Shown: positions 45,445 through 55,037, numbered from the stretch's first letter. The stretch: 64,000 nt of DNA from Candidatus Omnitrophota bacterium (GCA_037131245.1 JBAXRK010000003.1:67333-131332); one strand, 5' to 3'. A program made the numbers and translations. The notes: a model not told the origin generated them from the letters alone.

Positions 45445-45496
45445 TTAGGCCTCAGGTAGCCTTCGGGACATTCTGAAAAGAATTCTTTTCAGAATG
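45436..45496. repeat. Two perfect palindromes in the miaA-hflX spacer: GAGGCCTAATTAGGCCTC (45436..45453) and CATTCTGAAAAGAATTCTTTTCAGAATG (45469..45496)
   Basis: Read directly. The first spans the miaA stop codon. The second is 28 bp and centred on GAATTC. No following U-tract. Confidence 0.6.
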
Positions 45497-45544
45497 AATG
45501 ACCTGGTTCCGAAAAGATAAACGAATTGATTGGAAGGTGCTTTG

Positions 45545-46804
45545 ATGAAAGAAAGAGTCCTGTTGGCGATCGTGGATCTTAAAGAGCGCAGCCCCTGGCC
45601 GCTGCATCAGACGGCCTATGAGATGGAAGAGCTGGTTAAAGCTTGTAATGGGGAAGTGGCCGGCAAAGTGATGTGCCCGGCGCATCCGCCGGAATCGGCG
45701 ACCCTTATTCATAAGGGAAAAGTGCAGGAGATCGCGGCTTTGGTGCCGGTCCTCGACGCGAATACGGTGATCTTCAGCCATGAGCTTAAAGGCCGCCAGC
45801 AGCGCGAGCTCGAAGAACAGCTGGGGGTCAGGGTACTCGACCGGACACAGCTGATCCTGGACATTTTTGCCCGTCGCGCAACATCACTGGAGGGAAAACT
45901 GCAGGTTGAGCTGGCGCAGCTGCAGTATCGTTTGCCGCGTTTGTCGGGCAATTATGATGAACTCTCTCGTCAGGGCGGCGGCATCGGCACCAGCGGCCCC
46001 GGCGAGACCAAGCTTGAGACAGACCGCCGGCGCATTGAACAGCGGGTGGACCGGATCAAGAAAGAGCTCGAAGATGTGACCCGTTCCCGTCAGGTCAAGC
46101 GCAAGCAGCGTCAGGGACGGCATATCCCGCTTATTTCTCTCGTCGGTTATACGAATGCCGGCAAGTCGACATTGTTAAATACATTGACCGATGCGCATAC
46201 GATCACCAAGGACGGGTTGTTCACGACGCTCGATTCGCTGGCGCGGCAGTGCGCGCTGCCTAATCGCCAGAAAGTTGTTTTTTCCGATACCGTCGGTTTT
46301 ATGCACGACCTGCCGCACCATTTGATCGAGGCTTTCAAGGCCACGCTTGAAGAGGTGGAGAGCGCGGACCTGCTGTTGCATGTGCTTGATGTCAGTAATC
46401 CGGAGTATGAGAATTTCAAGACGTCCGTGGATCATGTTCTTGAGCAGATCGGCGCGCATCAGAAACCGACCATTATGGTCCTCAACAAGATCGACCAGGT
46501 TTCTGACAAGAACATTCTTGTTGAGGCCGCCCGGAAGTTCAAGAATACGGTTGAGATCTCGGCGTCGACCCAGTTGAATATCGGCGCGCTCTTAAGTTTG
46601 GTAGAGGATCATCTGGCCGAGCAGGTGGCAGAGATCGATGTGACCGTGCCGATGGACCGGATGGACCTGGTGCGCCTCGCGCATCAGGAAGGGGATGTTA
46701 TATTAGAGGAATATGGCGCCGATGGCATCCACCTTCAGGCGCGCGTTCCGGCGCATCGGGCTGACCTCTTTACCAGTCATGAAAAGAAGCCGAAGCACAG
46801 TTAG
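45545..46804 (+). CDS. hflX: GTPase HflX
   Basis: HflX N-domain pattern (QLILDIFARRA, LQVELAQLQY), G1 LVGYTNAGKSTL, G3 DTVGF and G4 NKID. ATG 45545 is preceded by GGAAGGTG. Confidence 0.88.
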   Translation: MKERVLLAIVDLKERSPWPLHQTAYEMEELVKACNGEVAGKVMCPAHPPESATLIHKGKVQEIAALVPVLDANTVIFSHELKGRQQRELEEQLGVRVLDRTQLILDIFARRATSLEGKLQVELAQLQYRLPRLSGNYDELSRQGGGIGTSGPGETKLETDRRRIEQRVDRIKKELEDVTRSRQVKRKQRQGRHIPLISLVGYTNAGKSTLLNTLTDAHTITKDGLFTTLDSLARQCALPNRQKVVFSDTVGFMHDLPHHLIEAFKATLEEVESADLLLHVLDVSNPEYENFKTSVDHVLEQIGAHQKPTIMVLNKIDQVSDKNILVEAARKFKNTVEISASTQLNIGALLSLVEDHLAEQVAEIDVTVPMDRMDLVRLAHQEGDVILEEYGADGIHLQARVPAHRADLFTSHEKKPKHS

Positions 46805-46885
46805 ATAATCTAATTATATCGGTAAGTTTTTGTTGACAATAAAATTAGTTTGTGTTATCCTTCGTGAGGATGAAGGAGTTGCTGG

Positions 46886-47164
46886 ATGCGGACAGAAAAA
46901 AGCCTGAATGATTTTGATATCAAGATCGATCCGCAGGCTCCGCTCTTTGTTATCGGCGTGGCGTCTGAAATGGTGGGCGTGCCCATTTGGACCCTGCGCA
47001 AACTTGATGAGATGGGGGTCGTTAGTCCCCGTCGGGTCGGGGTGCGGACACGGTGTTATTCCCAGGTGCAGATCAAGCGCTTGACCTATGTCAAGTACCT
47101 GATGGAGGAGCGCCGGGTCAATATCAGCGGCGTCAAGGTGATCCTGGAAATGAAAATTCATTGA
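46886..47164 (+). CDS. hspR: MerR-family heat-shock regulator, HspR-like
   Basis: PLFVIGVASEMVGVPIWTLRKLDEMGVVSPRR...YSQVQIKRL...VNISGVKVILEM parallels the HspR HTH and coupling region. It sits directly upstream of clpB. A possible promoter is TTGACA (46843..46848) with a 17-nt spacer to TATCCT. Confidence 0.65.
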   Translation: MRTEKSLNDFDIKIDPQAPLFVIGVASEMVGVPIWTLRKLDEMGVVSPRRVGVRTRCYSQVQIKRLTYVKYLMEERRVNISGVKVILEMKIH

Positions 47165-47214
47165 AAGGAAATTTTTTTACTGTAATCTTGGCACTCGCAG
47201 GCAATGAGTGCTTA
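47161..47214 (+). promoter_or_regulatory. Promoter (TTGAAA 47161..47166, 16-nt spacer, TAATCT 47183..47188) overlapping a CIRCE element TTGGCACTC-N9-GAGTGCTTA (47188..47214)
   Basis: The CIRCE consensus is TTAGCACTC-N9-GAGTGCTAA. Here 8 of 9 and 8 of 9 arm positions match, with the exact 9-nt spacer GCAGGCAAT. It lies upstream of the small Cys protein and clpB. Confidence 0.75.
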
Positions 47215-47306
47215 TGTAGGTGAAAGCTTTCGGCTTTGCCAGCGACAAAACATCATCAACAGATGTGCTGTTTGGCAGAGAGAAATTAACAACAAGTGAG
47301 GTGGTT

Positions 47307-47444
47307 ATGGGAAAGAAGCCTGATCAGAAAGTTAAAAAACCGAAAGCCGGCGAGCAGCAGCCGAAAGTGGACCCGCAACAGCCCGATAAAGAGACCGGGC
47401 CGTGTTGCACGGCGGAGAATGTGTGCCGCTGCAGTGGGGAATAA
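47307..47444 (+). CDS. Small (45-aa) Lys/Pro/Gln-rich protein with a C-terminal Cys cluster
   Basis: MGKKPDQKVKKPKAGEQQPKVDPQQPDKETGPCCTAENVCRCSGE. SD GAGGTGG lies 4 nt upstream of ATG 47307. Located between the CIRCE element and clpB. Confidence 0.45.
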   Translation: MGKKPDQKVKKPKAGEQQPKVDPQQPDKETGPCCTAENVCRCSGE

Positions 47445-47462
47445 CAAGAGAAAGAGTGAACA

Positions 47463-49571
47463 ATGAATTCATTTAAGATGGACCCTCAGCAGGAAGGCCA
47501 GAGTGCGCTTGAACTTTACGGCCGGGACCTGACGGAACTGGCGCGCAAGGGAAAGCTTGATCCGGTCATCGGACGGGATGAAGAGATCCGCCGCGTGATC
47601 CAGGTTTTATCGCGCCGCACCAAGAACAATCCGGTGCTGATCGGCGAGCCGGGCGTGGGCAAGACCGCGATCGCGGAAGGCCTCGCCCAGCGGGTGGTGT
47701 CGGGCGATGTTCCCGAGGGGCTCAAGAACAAGAAGGTCGTCACCCTTGACATGGGTGCGCTCCTGGCCGGGGCGAAGTTCCGCGGCGAGTTCGAGGAACG
47801 CCTGCGCGCGGTCCTTAAGGAAGTGGAAGACAAGAACGGCGATATTGTCCTTTTTATTGATGAACTTCACACGATCGTCGGCGCGGGACGCGCGGAGGGG
47901 GCCATTGACGCGTCGAACCTTCTGAAACCGGCGCTGGCCCGGGGCACGCTCCGTTGTGTTGGCGCGACCACGCTCGATGAATACCGGCAGCATATTGAGA
48001 AAGATGCCGCCCTTGAGCGCCGGTTCCAGCCGGTCATGGTCATGGAGCCGACAGTGGAGGATACGGTGGCGATCCTGCGCGGCCTTAAGGAAAAATATGA
48101 AGTGCATCACGGCGTGCGTATCGAGGACCGGGCGCTGGTGGCCGCGGCCGCGATGTCCGAGCGTTACATCGCTGACCGGTTCCTGCCGGATAAAGCCATC
48201 GACCTTATTGATGAAGCGGCGTCACGGTTGCGTATCGCGATCGACAGCATGCCGCAGGAACTTGACGCTAGTGAGCGCCGCTTGCGGCAGCTCGAGATCG
48301 AACGCCAGGCACTGACGAAGGAAAAAGATGACGCGTCGCGTGAGCGCTTGCGCAAGATCGAAGAGGAGCTGGTTTCACTCAAGAAGCAGAATGCCGGTTT
48401 ACGTGAGCGCTGGCAGAAAGAAAAGGGCTTTATTGCGAAGATCCGCCGGATCAAGGCACAGATGGAAGAATTGCGCGCGGAAGGTGACAAGGCCGAGCGC
48501 GACAGCGACCTGGCGAAGGCCTCCGAGATCCGTTACGGCAAGCTGGGTGTCCTCAACAAGGAATTGGATACGGAAAATAAGGCACTTATAACGGCCCAGG
48601 GCGGGCATCCTTTGCTTAAGGAAGAGGTTGGCGAGGAAGATATCGCCCAGGTCGTGGCCAAATGGACGCGCATTCCCGTTGATCGCCTGAAGCAGGGTGA
48701 ACAGGAAAAGCTGGTGCATATTGAGGACGCGCTCAAGCGCCGGGTGATCGGCCAGGACGAGGCGGTGGGATTGGTGGCCAGCTGCGTGCGCCGTTCGCGC
48801 GCGGGGCTTTCGGATCCGCATCGCCCGATGGGGTCGTTCATTTTTGTCGGGCCGACCGGGGTTGGCAAGACCGAATTAGCGCGCGCCCTCGCGGGGTTCC
48901 TGTTTGACGACGAGAACGCGCTGATCCGCCTGGATATGAGCGAGTATATGGAGAAGCATTCGGTGTCCCGCCTGATCGGCGCGCCGCCGGGTTATGTTGG
49001 TTTTGAAGAGGGCGGGCAGCTCACGGAGGCCGTGCGCCGCCGGCCATACAGTGTGCTTTTGTTCGATGAGATCGAGAAAGCGCATCCGGATGTCTTTAAT
49101 ACATTGTTGCAGCTCCTGGACGATGGCCGTCTGACCGACAGCCAGGGTCGGGTGGTGAGTTTTAAGAATACGATCATTATTATGACTTCCAATTTGGGGA
49201 ACGTTGAAGGCGGGGAGTCGGTGCAGGAGGCGCTGCGTTCGTTCTTTCGTCCGGAATTCCTTAACCGTATCGACGAGATCGTGGAGTTCCGCCGGTTGGA
49301 TCGCGGGGATGTGGTGTTGATCGCGGATATCCAGATCGAGATCCTTAAGGAGCGGCTGGCCCAGCGTCGTATCACATTGACCGTGTCCGCGGAGGTCCGT
49401 GCCTGGTTGGCTGAGCGCGGTTACGACCCGCAGTTCGGGGCCCGGCCGCTCAAGCGGCTGATCCAGCGATCCGTGCAGGATCCGATCGCTCTTAAGCTCC
49501 TTAAAGGCGACGTGAAAGACGGTGAGAGCGTTGATGTTGTGATGAAGGATGGAATTCCTTCTGTTCTTTGA
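47463..49571 (+). CDS. clpB: ClpB disaggregase lacking the N-terminal domain (702 aa)
   Basis: It starts at ...[34 protein letters not shown], which aligns to roughly residue 150 of E. coli ClpB. Both AAA+ modules are present ([10 protein letters not shown] and [10 protein letters not shown]), as is the coiled-coil M-domain. Confidence 0.9.
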   Translation: MNSFKMDPQQEGQSALELYGRDLTELARKGKLDPVIGRDEEIRRVIQVLSRRTKNNPVLIGEPGVGKTAIAEGLAQRVVSGDVPEGLKNKKVVTLDMGALLAGAKFRGEFEERLRAVLKEVEDKNGDIVLFIDELHTIVGAGRAEGAIDASNLLKPALARGTLRCVGATTLDEYRQHIEKDAALERRFQPVMVMEPTVEDTVAILRGLKEKYEVHHGVRIEDRALVAAAAMSERYIADRFLPDKAIDLIDEAASRLRIAIDSMPQELDASERRLRQLEIERQALTKEKDDASRERLRKIEEELVSLKKQNAGLRERWQKEKGFIAKIRRIKAQMEELRAEGDKAERDSDLAKASEIRYGKLGVLNKELDTENKALITAQGGHPLLKEEVGEEDIAQVVAKWTRIPVDRLKQGEQEKLVHIEDALKRRVIGQDEAVGLVASCVRRSRAGLSDPHRPMGSFIFVGPTGVGKTELARALAGFLFDDENALIRLDMSEYMEKHSVSRLIGAPPGYVGFEEGGQLTEAVRRRPYSVLLFDEIEKAHPDVFNTLLQLLDDGRLTDSQGRVVSFKNTIIIMTSNLGNVEGGESVQEALRSFFRPEFLNRIDEIVEFRRLDRGDVVLIADIQIEILKERLAQRRITLTVSAEVRAWLAERGYDPQFGARPLKRLIQRSVQDPIALKLLKGDVKDGESVDVVMKDGIPSVL

Positions 49572-49583
49572 TAGAATGCTGTC

Positions 49584-50621
49584 ATGCGACATTTGGTTTT
49601 TATGCACAGCTTGTTGTTCCTTGGCATCATGGCCGCGCCGGTCTTTTCTGCTGAAATGATGAAGGACGGGTTCTACGATGAGATCGACCCCAAGGGCGTT
49701 CTGACGCGTACGGTTGAATACCAGCAGGGCGTGGCCCATGGGCGCTTCCGCTCTTTTTATCCTGACGGGCTGCTGCAGGCGACCGGGACGTATCGCGCCG
49801 GCAAGCTCGACGGCATGCTGATGGAATATTTTCCGGATGGCAAGCCGAAGCGCAAATCGTTTTACCGTGAAGGCGTCCTTCATGGGCTCATGACAGCTTA
49901 TTTCCCCAGCGGGCGGATCCAGAAAGAGGAGCCCTATATTGCCGGTTGGAAAGATGGGTTGGTCCGTGAATATTCCGAGGATAGCGTCCTGGTATTCGAG
50001 CGGCAGTTCAGCCATAATCAGGAAGACGGCGTGACCAAGAAATTTTATGCCACGGGCGGGGTTTATCGGGAGTACGATTATCGTAACGGCGTGCAGTACG
50101 GCAAGATCCGCGAGTTTTACCCTGAGGGCATGATCAAGGGTATTTATGAAGCGTCCGATGGCATGCGCCGTGGCGCTGGCAAGGAATATGCCCGGACGAG
50201 CGAGCTGCTCAATGACGGATTTTACGAGAACGACGTGCTTAATGGCCCGGTAAGGATCTATTACAAAAGCGGGCGCGTGCGGATCAAAACGAATTACACG
50301 GCCGGGAAGATGGATGATCTTTTCTGGCGGGAATATTATGAGAGCGGCTCGGTCCACTGGGTGGTGCCGGTCGTGATGGATGTGAAAGAAGGCATGGGGA
50401 AAGAATATTTCGAGGACGGCCGGCTTAAGAGTGAAGGCGCCTTCAAGAATAATGAGCGCGTTGGAGCCTTTAAGGTGTATGATGAAAAGGGGATACTGAT
50501 CGCTGAAGAAACGTATGAGGCCGGGAGGCTCGCGAGGCGGGTTGAGTATTTCCCGACGGGAAAGGTGCAGAGCGATCAGCGTTTTTTTGCTGAGGCAGCG
50601 GCTGGCGAGAACGTTAAGTAA
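49584..50621 (+). CDS. MORN-variant repeat (YwqK-family) protein with a signal peptide
   Basis: At least 10 repeats of the pattern G.(L/K)(D/H)G....(Y/F)(Y/F)..G. N-terminal hydrophobic leader LLFLGIMAAPVFSA. Confidence 0.7.
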   Translation: MRHLVFMHSLLFLGIMAAPVFSAEMMKDGFYDEIDPKGVLTRTVEYQQGVAHGRFRSFYPDGLLQATGTYRAGKLDGMLMEYFPDGKPKRKSFYREGVLHGLMTAYFPSGRIQKEEPYIAGWKDGLVREYSEDSVLVFERQFSHNQEDGVTKKFYATGGVYREYDYRNGVQYGKIREFYPEGMIKGIYEASDGMRRGAGKEYARTSELLNDGFYENDVLNGPVRIYYKSGRVRIKTNYTAGKMDDLFWREYYESGSVHWVVPVVMDVKEGMGKEYFEDGRLKSEGAFKNNERVGAFKVYDEKGILIAEETYEAGRLARRVEYFPTGKVQSDQRFFAEAAAGENVK

Positions 50622-50627
50622 CAGCAT

Positions 50628-50689
50628 TTGACATTAGACGTTCTTTTTTTTATAATTCCGCGCTAGCAAAGTACCTTCAAGAGTGCCAA
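50628..50689 (+). promoter_or_regulatory. Consensus sigma-70-type promoter (TTGACA 50628..50633, 17-nt spacer, TATAAT 50651..50656) followed by a degenerate CIRCE-like element (CTAGCAAAG-N9-GAGTGCCAA, 50663..50689)
   Basis: Both hexamers are perfect and the spacer is 17 nt. The right CIRCE arm matches 8 of 9 positions but the left arm only 5 of 9. Immediately upstream of hrcA. Confidence 0.6.
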
Positions 50690-50702
50690 AAGAGGGTTGT
50701 TT

Positions 50703-51434
50703 ATGGTTCGTGCAAATCAACAGCAGCGCAAAGACGTGGTCCTGACGATGGTCGTGCAGCAGTATATTCGTACTGACGCGCCGGTCAGTTCCGCGTTCAT
50801 CGCTGATTGTTATGAGGACGGCATCAGTTCGGCGACCATCCGCAATATCCTGGCGGACCTGGAGTCCGATGGTTATCTGACGCATCCGCACACCTCAGCC
50901 GGGCGGGTGCCGACGCAGCGGGGCTACCGTTATTTCGTTGATTTTCTGATGCGCGAGATCGCCCTTGTTGAAGAAGAGCGCCATCGCATTCATTTAGAGT
51001 ATGAGCAGGGCGTGCGGGAATTGCAGTTATTGATGGAGCGGACGTCGGCGGTCATTTCTGACCTGACGCATTGCGCGAGCATCGTGACCCTGGAAGGGTA
51101 TCCGCGGACCTATTCGTTCCGCGGGACGAATTACCTGGCGGAGGCGGTCGGCGTTCATGGTTTGCAAAAGATGGCCGGCATCCTTAAAGTGCTTGAGGAG
51201 AAAGAGCGGATCCTGGAGGTATTGCGCCGGGATCTTGATAAGAAGATCAAAATTTATATCGGACAGGAAACCGCTTGTGCCTGTTTCGATGATTGCGCGA
51301 TGGCGGTATCGCATTTTAAAACGCGCGGCGGCGCGGCGGGGCACCTGGCGGTGCTGGGTTCCACGCGGATGGATTATGAGCGGGTTGTTTCAGCCCTGGA
51401 ATATGTATCCGAGATCATGAGAGAGTTGGAATAG
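50703..51434 (+). CDS. hrcA: Heat-inducible repressor HrcA (compact, ~243 aa)
   Basis: N-terminal winged helix ISSATIRNILADLESDGYLTHPHTSAGRVPTQRGYRYFVD. About 100 aa shorter than typical HrcA proteins. Confidence 0.8.
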   Translation: MVRANQQQRKDVVLTMVVQQYIRTDAPVSSAFIADCYEDGISSATIRNILADLESDGYLTHPHTSAGRVPTQRGYRYFVDFLMREIALVEEERHRIHLEYEQGVRELQLLMERTSAVISDLTHCASIVTLEGYPRTYSFRGTNYLAEAVGVHGLQKMAGILKVLEEKERILEVLRRDLDKKIKIYIGQETACACFDDCAMAVSHFKTRGGAAGHLAVLGSTRMDYERVVSALEYVSEIMRELE

Positions 51435-51437
51435 CTT

Positions 51438-51965
51438 ATGGCAGACGAAGAAGTGAGAAATGAAGGGGCGGGCGCAGGTGAAGCGCCGGCTGTCGCGGAA
51501 CCAGCGGTTACCGAGGTGGAAAAGCTTCAGCAGGAAGTCGGTGAAGCCAAAGATAAATATATCCGGTTGTTCGCCGAGTTCGACAATATGCGCAAGCGCC
51601 ATGAGCGTGAGCGGACGGAGCTGATCAAATACGCGCACGAAGAGGTGATCATCGAGATGCTCGGGTTTTACGAGGATTTTGAGCGTTCGGTGACGGCCGC
51701 CCGCGTGAATCCGGCGGAAGGGGCGTCGCTTCTGAAGGGCGTTGAGATGGTCCTAAAACGGATGCAGGAGCTCTTAAAGAAATATGAAGTAACGGAGATC
51801 GACGCTTTGGGCAAGAAATTCGACCACACCCGCCATGAGGCGCTGATGGCGGTGGAGTCGGAAGAAGTAGAGGATGGCACCGTACTGGAAGTGTTCCAGA
51901 AGGGATATATCATGGACGGCCGCGTGGTTCGCACGGCCAAGGTAAAAGTTTCGAAGAAAAATTAA
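51438..51965 (+). CDS. grpE: Nucleotide exchange factor GrpE
   Basis: LRLFAEFDNMRKR, and the C-terminal beta domain GYIMDGRVVRTAKVKV. Confidence 0.9.
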   Translation: MADEEVRNEGAGAGEAPAVAEPAVTEVEKLQQEVGEAKDKYIRLFAEFDNMRKRHERERTELIKYAHEEVIIEMLGFYEDFERSVTAARVNPAEGASLLKGVEMVLKRMQELLKKYEVTEIDALGKKFDHTRHEALMAVESEEVEDGTVLEVFQKGYIMDGRVVRTAKVKVSKKN

Positions 51966-51980
51966 AGAAAGGTTGTTCAT

Positions 51981-53894
51981 ATGGCGAAATTCATCGGTAT
52001 CGATTTAGGCACATCAAATTCAGCGGCGGCGGTCATGGAAGGCGGCCGGCCGGTGATCATTCCGTCGGCCGAAGGCGCCGGCGTGGCGTCGGGTAAAGCA
52101 TTTCCGTCGTTCGTGGCTTTCACGAAGGATGGCCAGCGTTTGGTGGGTGAACCGGCGCGCCGTCAGGCCGCGGTGAACTCCCAGGGCACTATTTACGCCG
52201 CCAAGCGCAAGATGGGCACCGATCATAAGTTCCAGGTGCTCGACAAGGAATTCACGCCCCAGCAGGTATCGGCGTTCATCCTGCAGAAGATCAAGGCGGA
52301 TGCCGAGAAGTACCTGGGCGACACGGTCGAAGGCGCGGTCATTACCGTTCCGGCTTATTTCAACGACAATCAGCGCCAGGCCACCAAGGACGCGGGTGAA
52401 ATCGCGGGGCTTAAAGTCATGCGGATCATTAATGAGCCGACGGCCGCGTGCCTGGCTTATGGTATTGATAAGGCCGGTAAAGAGCAGAAGATCATGGTGT
52501 TCGACCTCGGCGGCGGTACGCTTGACGTGACCATCCTTGAGATGGGCGAAGGCGGGACGTTTGAAGTTTTATCCACCAGCGGCGATAATTTGCTGGGCGG
52601 CACCGATATGGATAACGCGCTCATCGCGCATATTGTGGGCGAGTTCAAGAAAGAAAGCGGCATCGACCTTTCGCAGGACAAGATGGCGTTCCACCGTTTG
52701 CGCGAAGCGGCTGAAAAAGCCAAAGTCGAGCTTTCCAGCACGGTGCAGACCGAGGTCAACCTGCCGTTCATTACGGCGGACGCGTCGGGCCCCAAGCATT
52801 TGGCGCTCACGCTTGATCGCGCGAAGCTTGATTCGCTGGTGGGGCCTATTGTCGAACGCTGCCGCGGCCCTATCCGCCAGGCGATGAAGGACGCGACAGC
52901 CAAGCTTGGCTCTGATGTTAAAGTGGACAAGATCATCATGGTCGGCGGCCCCACGCGCATGCCGATCGTGCAGGATTTCGTTGAAAAAGAAGCCGGGCAG
53001 AAGATCGAGCGCGGCATTGACCCGATGGAATGCGTGGCGCTCGGCGCCGCGGTCCAGGCGGGAATCATCAAGGGCGATGTGAAGGATGTGCTTCTGCTCG
53101 ACGTGACACCCTTGACCCTCGGTATCGAGACGATGGGTGGGGTGATGACCAAGATGATCGAGCGCAATACGACCATCCCGACCAAGAAAAGCAATGTGTT
53201 CTCGACGGCCGAAGATAATCAGCCGGCGGTGACCATCCGCGTGCTTCAGGGTGAACGCCAGATGTCCAATGATAACGTGGAGCTGGGCCGTTTCGACCTG
53301 GTGGGCATTCCGCCCGCGCCGCGCGGCGTTCCGCAGATCGAGGTTACGTTTGATATCGACGTGAACGGTATTGTCCATGTTCACGCCAAAGATAAAGCGA
53401 CCGGCAAAGAGCAGTCTATCAAGATCACGTCACCCAAGAAGTTGTCGGAGGATGAGATCAAGAAGATGGTTCAGGAGGCCGAGAAGTACGCCGAGCAGGA
53501 TAAGAAATCCAAGGAAGAGGCCGAGATGGTCAATCAGGCTAATAACCTGGTCTATTCGACGGAAAAGGCGCTGAAGGATTATGGCGACAAGGTGCCGCAG
53601 GCCGAGCGTGAAGAGATCATGAAGGAGCTTGAGAACCTCAAGCAGGCGGTAAAGGACAAGAATGCCGACCGCGTGAAGACGGCGACGGAAGCGCTGACCA
53701 AGGCCAGCCATAAGTTGGCCGAGGAAATGTACAAGGCGACCGCTGCGCAGCAAGGTGGTGCCGCCGGCGCTGAAGGCGCTGCCGGCGCTCATCAGGCCGA
53801 ACCGCAGCAACCTCAGGAAGAACCTAAGGCCGACGGTCCCAAGAAGCGCGACGGGGTCATTGACGCGGACTTTGAGGTGAAAGACGACAAATAA
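51981..53894 (+). CDS. dnaK: Chaperone DnaK (Hsp70)
   Basis: [27 protein letters not shown] and further signatures, 637 aa. Confidence 0.95.
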   Translation: MAKFIGIDLGTSNSAAAVMEGGRPVIIPSAEGAGVASGKAFPSFVAFTKDGQRLVGEPARRQAAVNSQGTIYAAKRKMGTDHKFQVLDKEFTPQQVSAFILQKIKADAEKYLGDTVEGAVITVPAYFNDNQRQATKDAGEIAGLKVMRIINEPTAACLAYGIDKAGKEQKIMVFDLGGGTLDVTILEMGEGGTFEVLSTSGDNLLGGTDMDNALIAHIVGEFKKESGIDLSQDKMAFHRLREAAEKAKVELSSTVQTEVNLPFITADASGPKHLALTLDRAKLDSLVGPIVERCRGPIRQAMKDATAKLGSDVKVDKIIMVGGPTRMPIVQDFVEKEAGQKIERGIDPMECVALGAAVQAGIIKGDVKDVLLLDVTPLTLGIETMGGVMTKMIERNTTIPTKKSNVFSTAEDNQPAVTIRVLQGERQMSNDNVELGRFDLVGIPPAPRGVPQIEVTFDIDVNGIVHVHAKDKATGKEQSIKITSPKKLSEDEIKKMVQEAEKYAEQDKKSKEEAEMVNQANNLVYSTEKALKDYGDKVPQAEREEIMKELENLKQAVKDKNADRVKTATEALTKASHKLAEEMYKATAAQQGGAAGAEGAAGAHQAEPQQPQEEPKADGPKKRDGVIDADFEVKDDK

Positions 53895-55036
53895 TGAAGA
53901 AAGACTATTACGAGATCCTAGGCGTTAAAAAAGATGCGGATGTGGCCGAGATCAAGAAGGCTTATCGGGCGCTGGCGATGCGTCATCATCCGGACCGGGT
54001 TGAAGAGTCAGAGAAGAAGCAGGCGGAAGAGAAATTCAAGGAGATCTCGGAAGCTTACGGCGTTTTGTCTGACGCGCAGAAACGCCAGACCTACGACCAG
54101 CATGGCCACGCGGGGATCGATCAGAGTTACACCTCGGATGATATTTTCCGCGGAGCGGACTTCTCCAGTGTGTTTGGAGACGGCGGCGGTATGGACGATA
54201 TCCTTAGCCAGTTCTTCGGCGGATCTTTTAGCGGAGGCGGTGGTCGGCGCCAGCAACAGCGTCGGGCGGCGCGCGGGCGCGATATCCAGTATGAAGCGGA
54301 GCTCACGCTGGAGGATGTTTATGCCGGTGTCAAGAAGACCATTAAGGTCCCGCGCAATGAAGTGTGCAAAGATTGCCAGGGTAACGGCTCCAAAGGCGGC
54401 ACGGCATTGTCCGACTGCCAGACGTGCGGCGGCCGTGGCCAGGTGATGATGAACAGCGGTTTCTTTCGCATGGCGCAGACCTGTCCGGCTTGTCATGGCG
54501 AAGGCCGTATCATCAAAGAATCGTGCCCCAAATGTAACGGGCGCGGCGCGATCAAACATGTGCGCGAGATCGAGGTAAATTTCCCGCGCGGGCTCGATAA
54601 CGATTCACAGATGCGCCTGCGCGGCGAAGGCGAGATCGGCCCGGGCGGACCAGGCGACCTGTTCCTGTTCATCCGGGTTAAGCCGCACGCGAAGTTCCGT
54701 CGCGTGGGTAATGACCTGGAGCTTGACCTGCCGGTGAGTTTCGTGAAAGCCGCGCTCGGCGGCGACGTGACAGTGCCTACGGTTGACGGCCAGGTAACAA
54801 TGAAAGTGCCGGCCGGTACGGAAAGCGGCAAAGTTTTCCGGGTAAAGGGCAAAGGGATGCCGGACTTGCGCGATGAGCGCGTATCCGGTGAGATCTATGC
54901 CCGGGTGATGGTCGATGTCCCCAAGAGATTATCACCTGATCAGCGCCGGCTGCTGGAAGAATTCGCCAAGGCCAGCGGCGAGGCCGTGGATGGTTCGGAT
55001 TCATTTAAAGACAAGATCAAGAAAGTGTTCAAGTAA
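53894..55036 (+). CDS. dnaJ: Co-chaperone DnaJ (type I)
   Basis: J domain with HPD (YRALAMRHHPDR), a G/F region, and four CxxCxGxG zinc motifs. Confidence 0.93.
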   Translation: MKKDYYEILGVKKDADVAEIKKAYRALAMRHHPDRVEESEKKQAEEKFKEISEAYGVLSDAQKRQTYDQHGHAGIDQSYTSDDIFRGADFSSVFGDGGGMDDILSQFFGGSFSGGGGRRQQQRRAARGRDIQYEAELTLEDVYAGVKKTIKVPRNEVCKDCQGNGSKGGTALSDCQTCGGRGQVMMNSGFFRMAQTCPACHGEGRIIKESCPKCNGRGAIKHVREIEVNFPRGLDNDSQMRLRGEGEIGPGGPGDLFLFIRVKPHAKFRRVGNDLELDLPVSFVKAALGGDVTVPTVDGQVTMKVPAGTESGKVFRVKGKGMPDLRDERVSGEIYARVMVDVPKRLSPDQRRLLEEFAKASGEAVDGSDSFKDKIKKVFK

Positions 55037-55037
55037 T

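Noticed and set aside
47220-47462. The idea that the ORF upstream of clpB, which is in the same frame and separated from it by one TAA, is a decayed ClpB N-domain.
   Set aside because: The translated sequence (K/P/Q-rich with a Cys tail) has no resemblance to Clp_N repeats, and the track's 5' extension (from 47220) lacks an RBS.
48876-50627. A 583-aa ORF on the minus strand, opposite the 3' end of clpB and the whole MORN gene.
   Set aside because: It is antisense to two genes with clear family signatures. Its sequence is low-information (H/R/L/P-rich) with no motif. This is the typical stop-poor antisense frame of GC-rich coding DNA.
52457-53384. Two long minus-strand ORFs (245 and 271 aa) opposite dnaK.
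   Set aside because: dnaK is unambiguous on the + strand. Long antisense ORFs opposite hsp70 genes are a known compositional artefact, and I saw no RBS or motif support.
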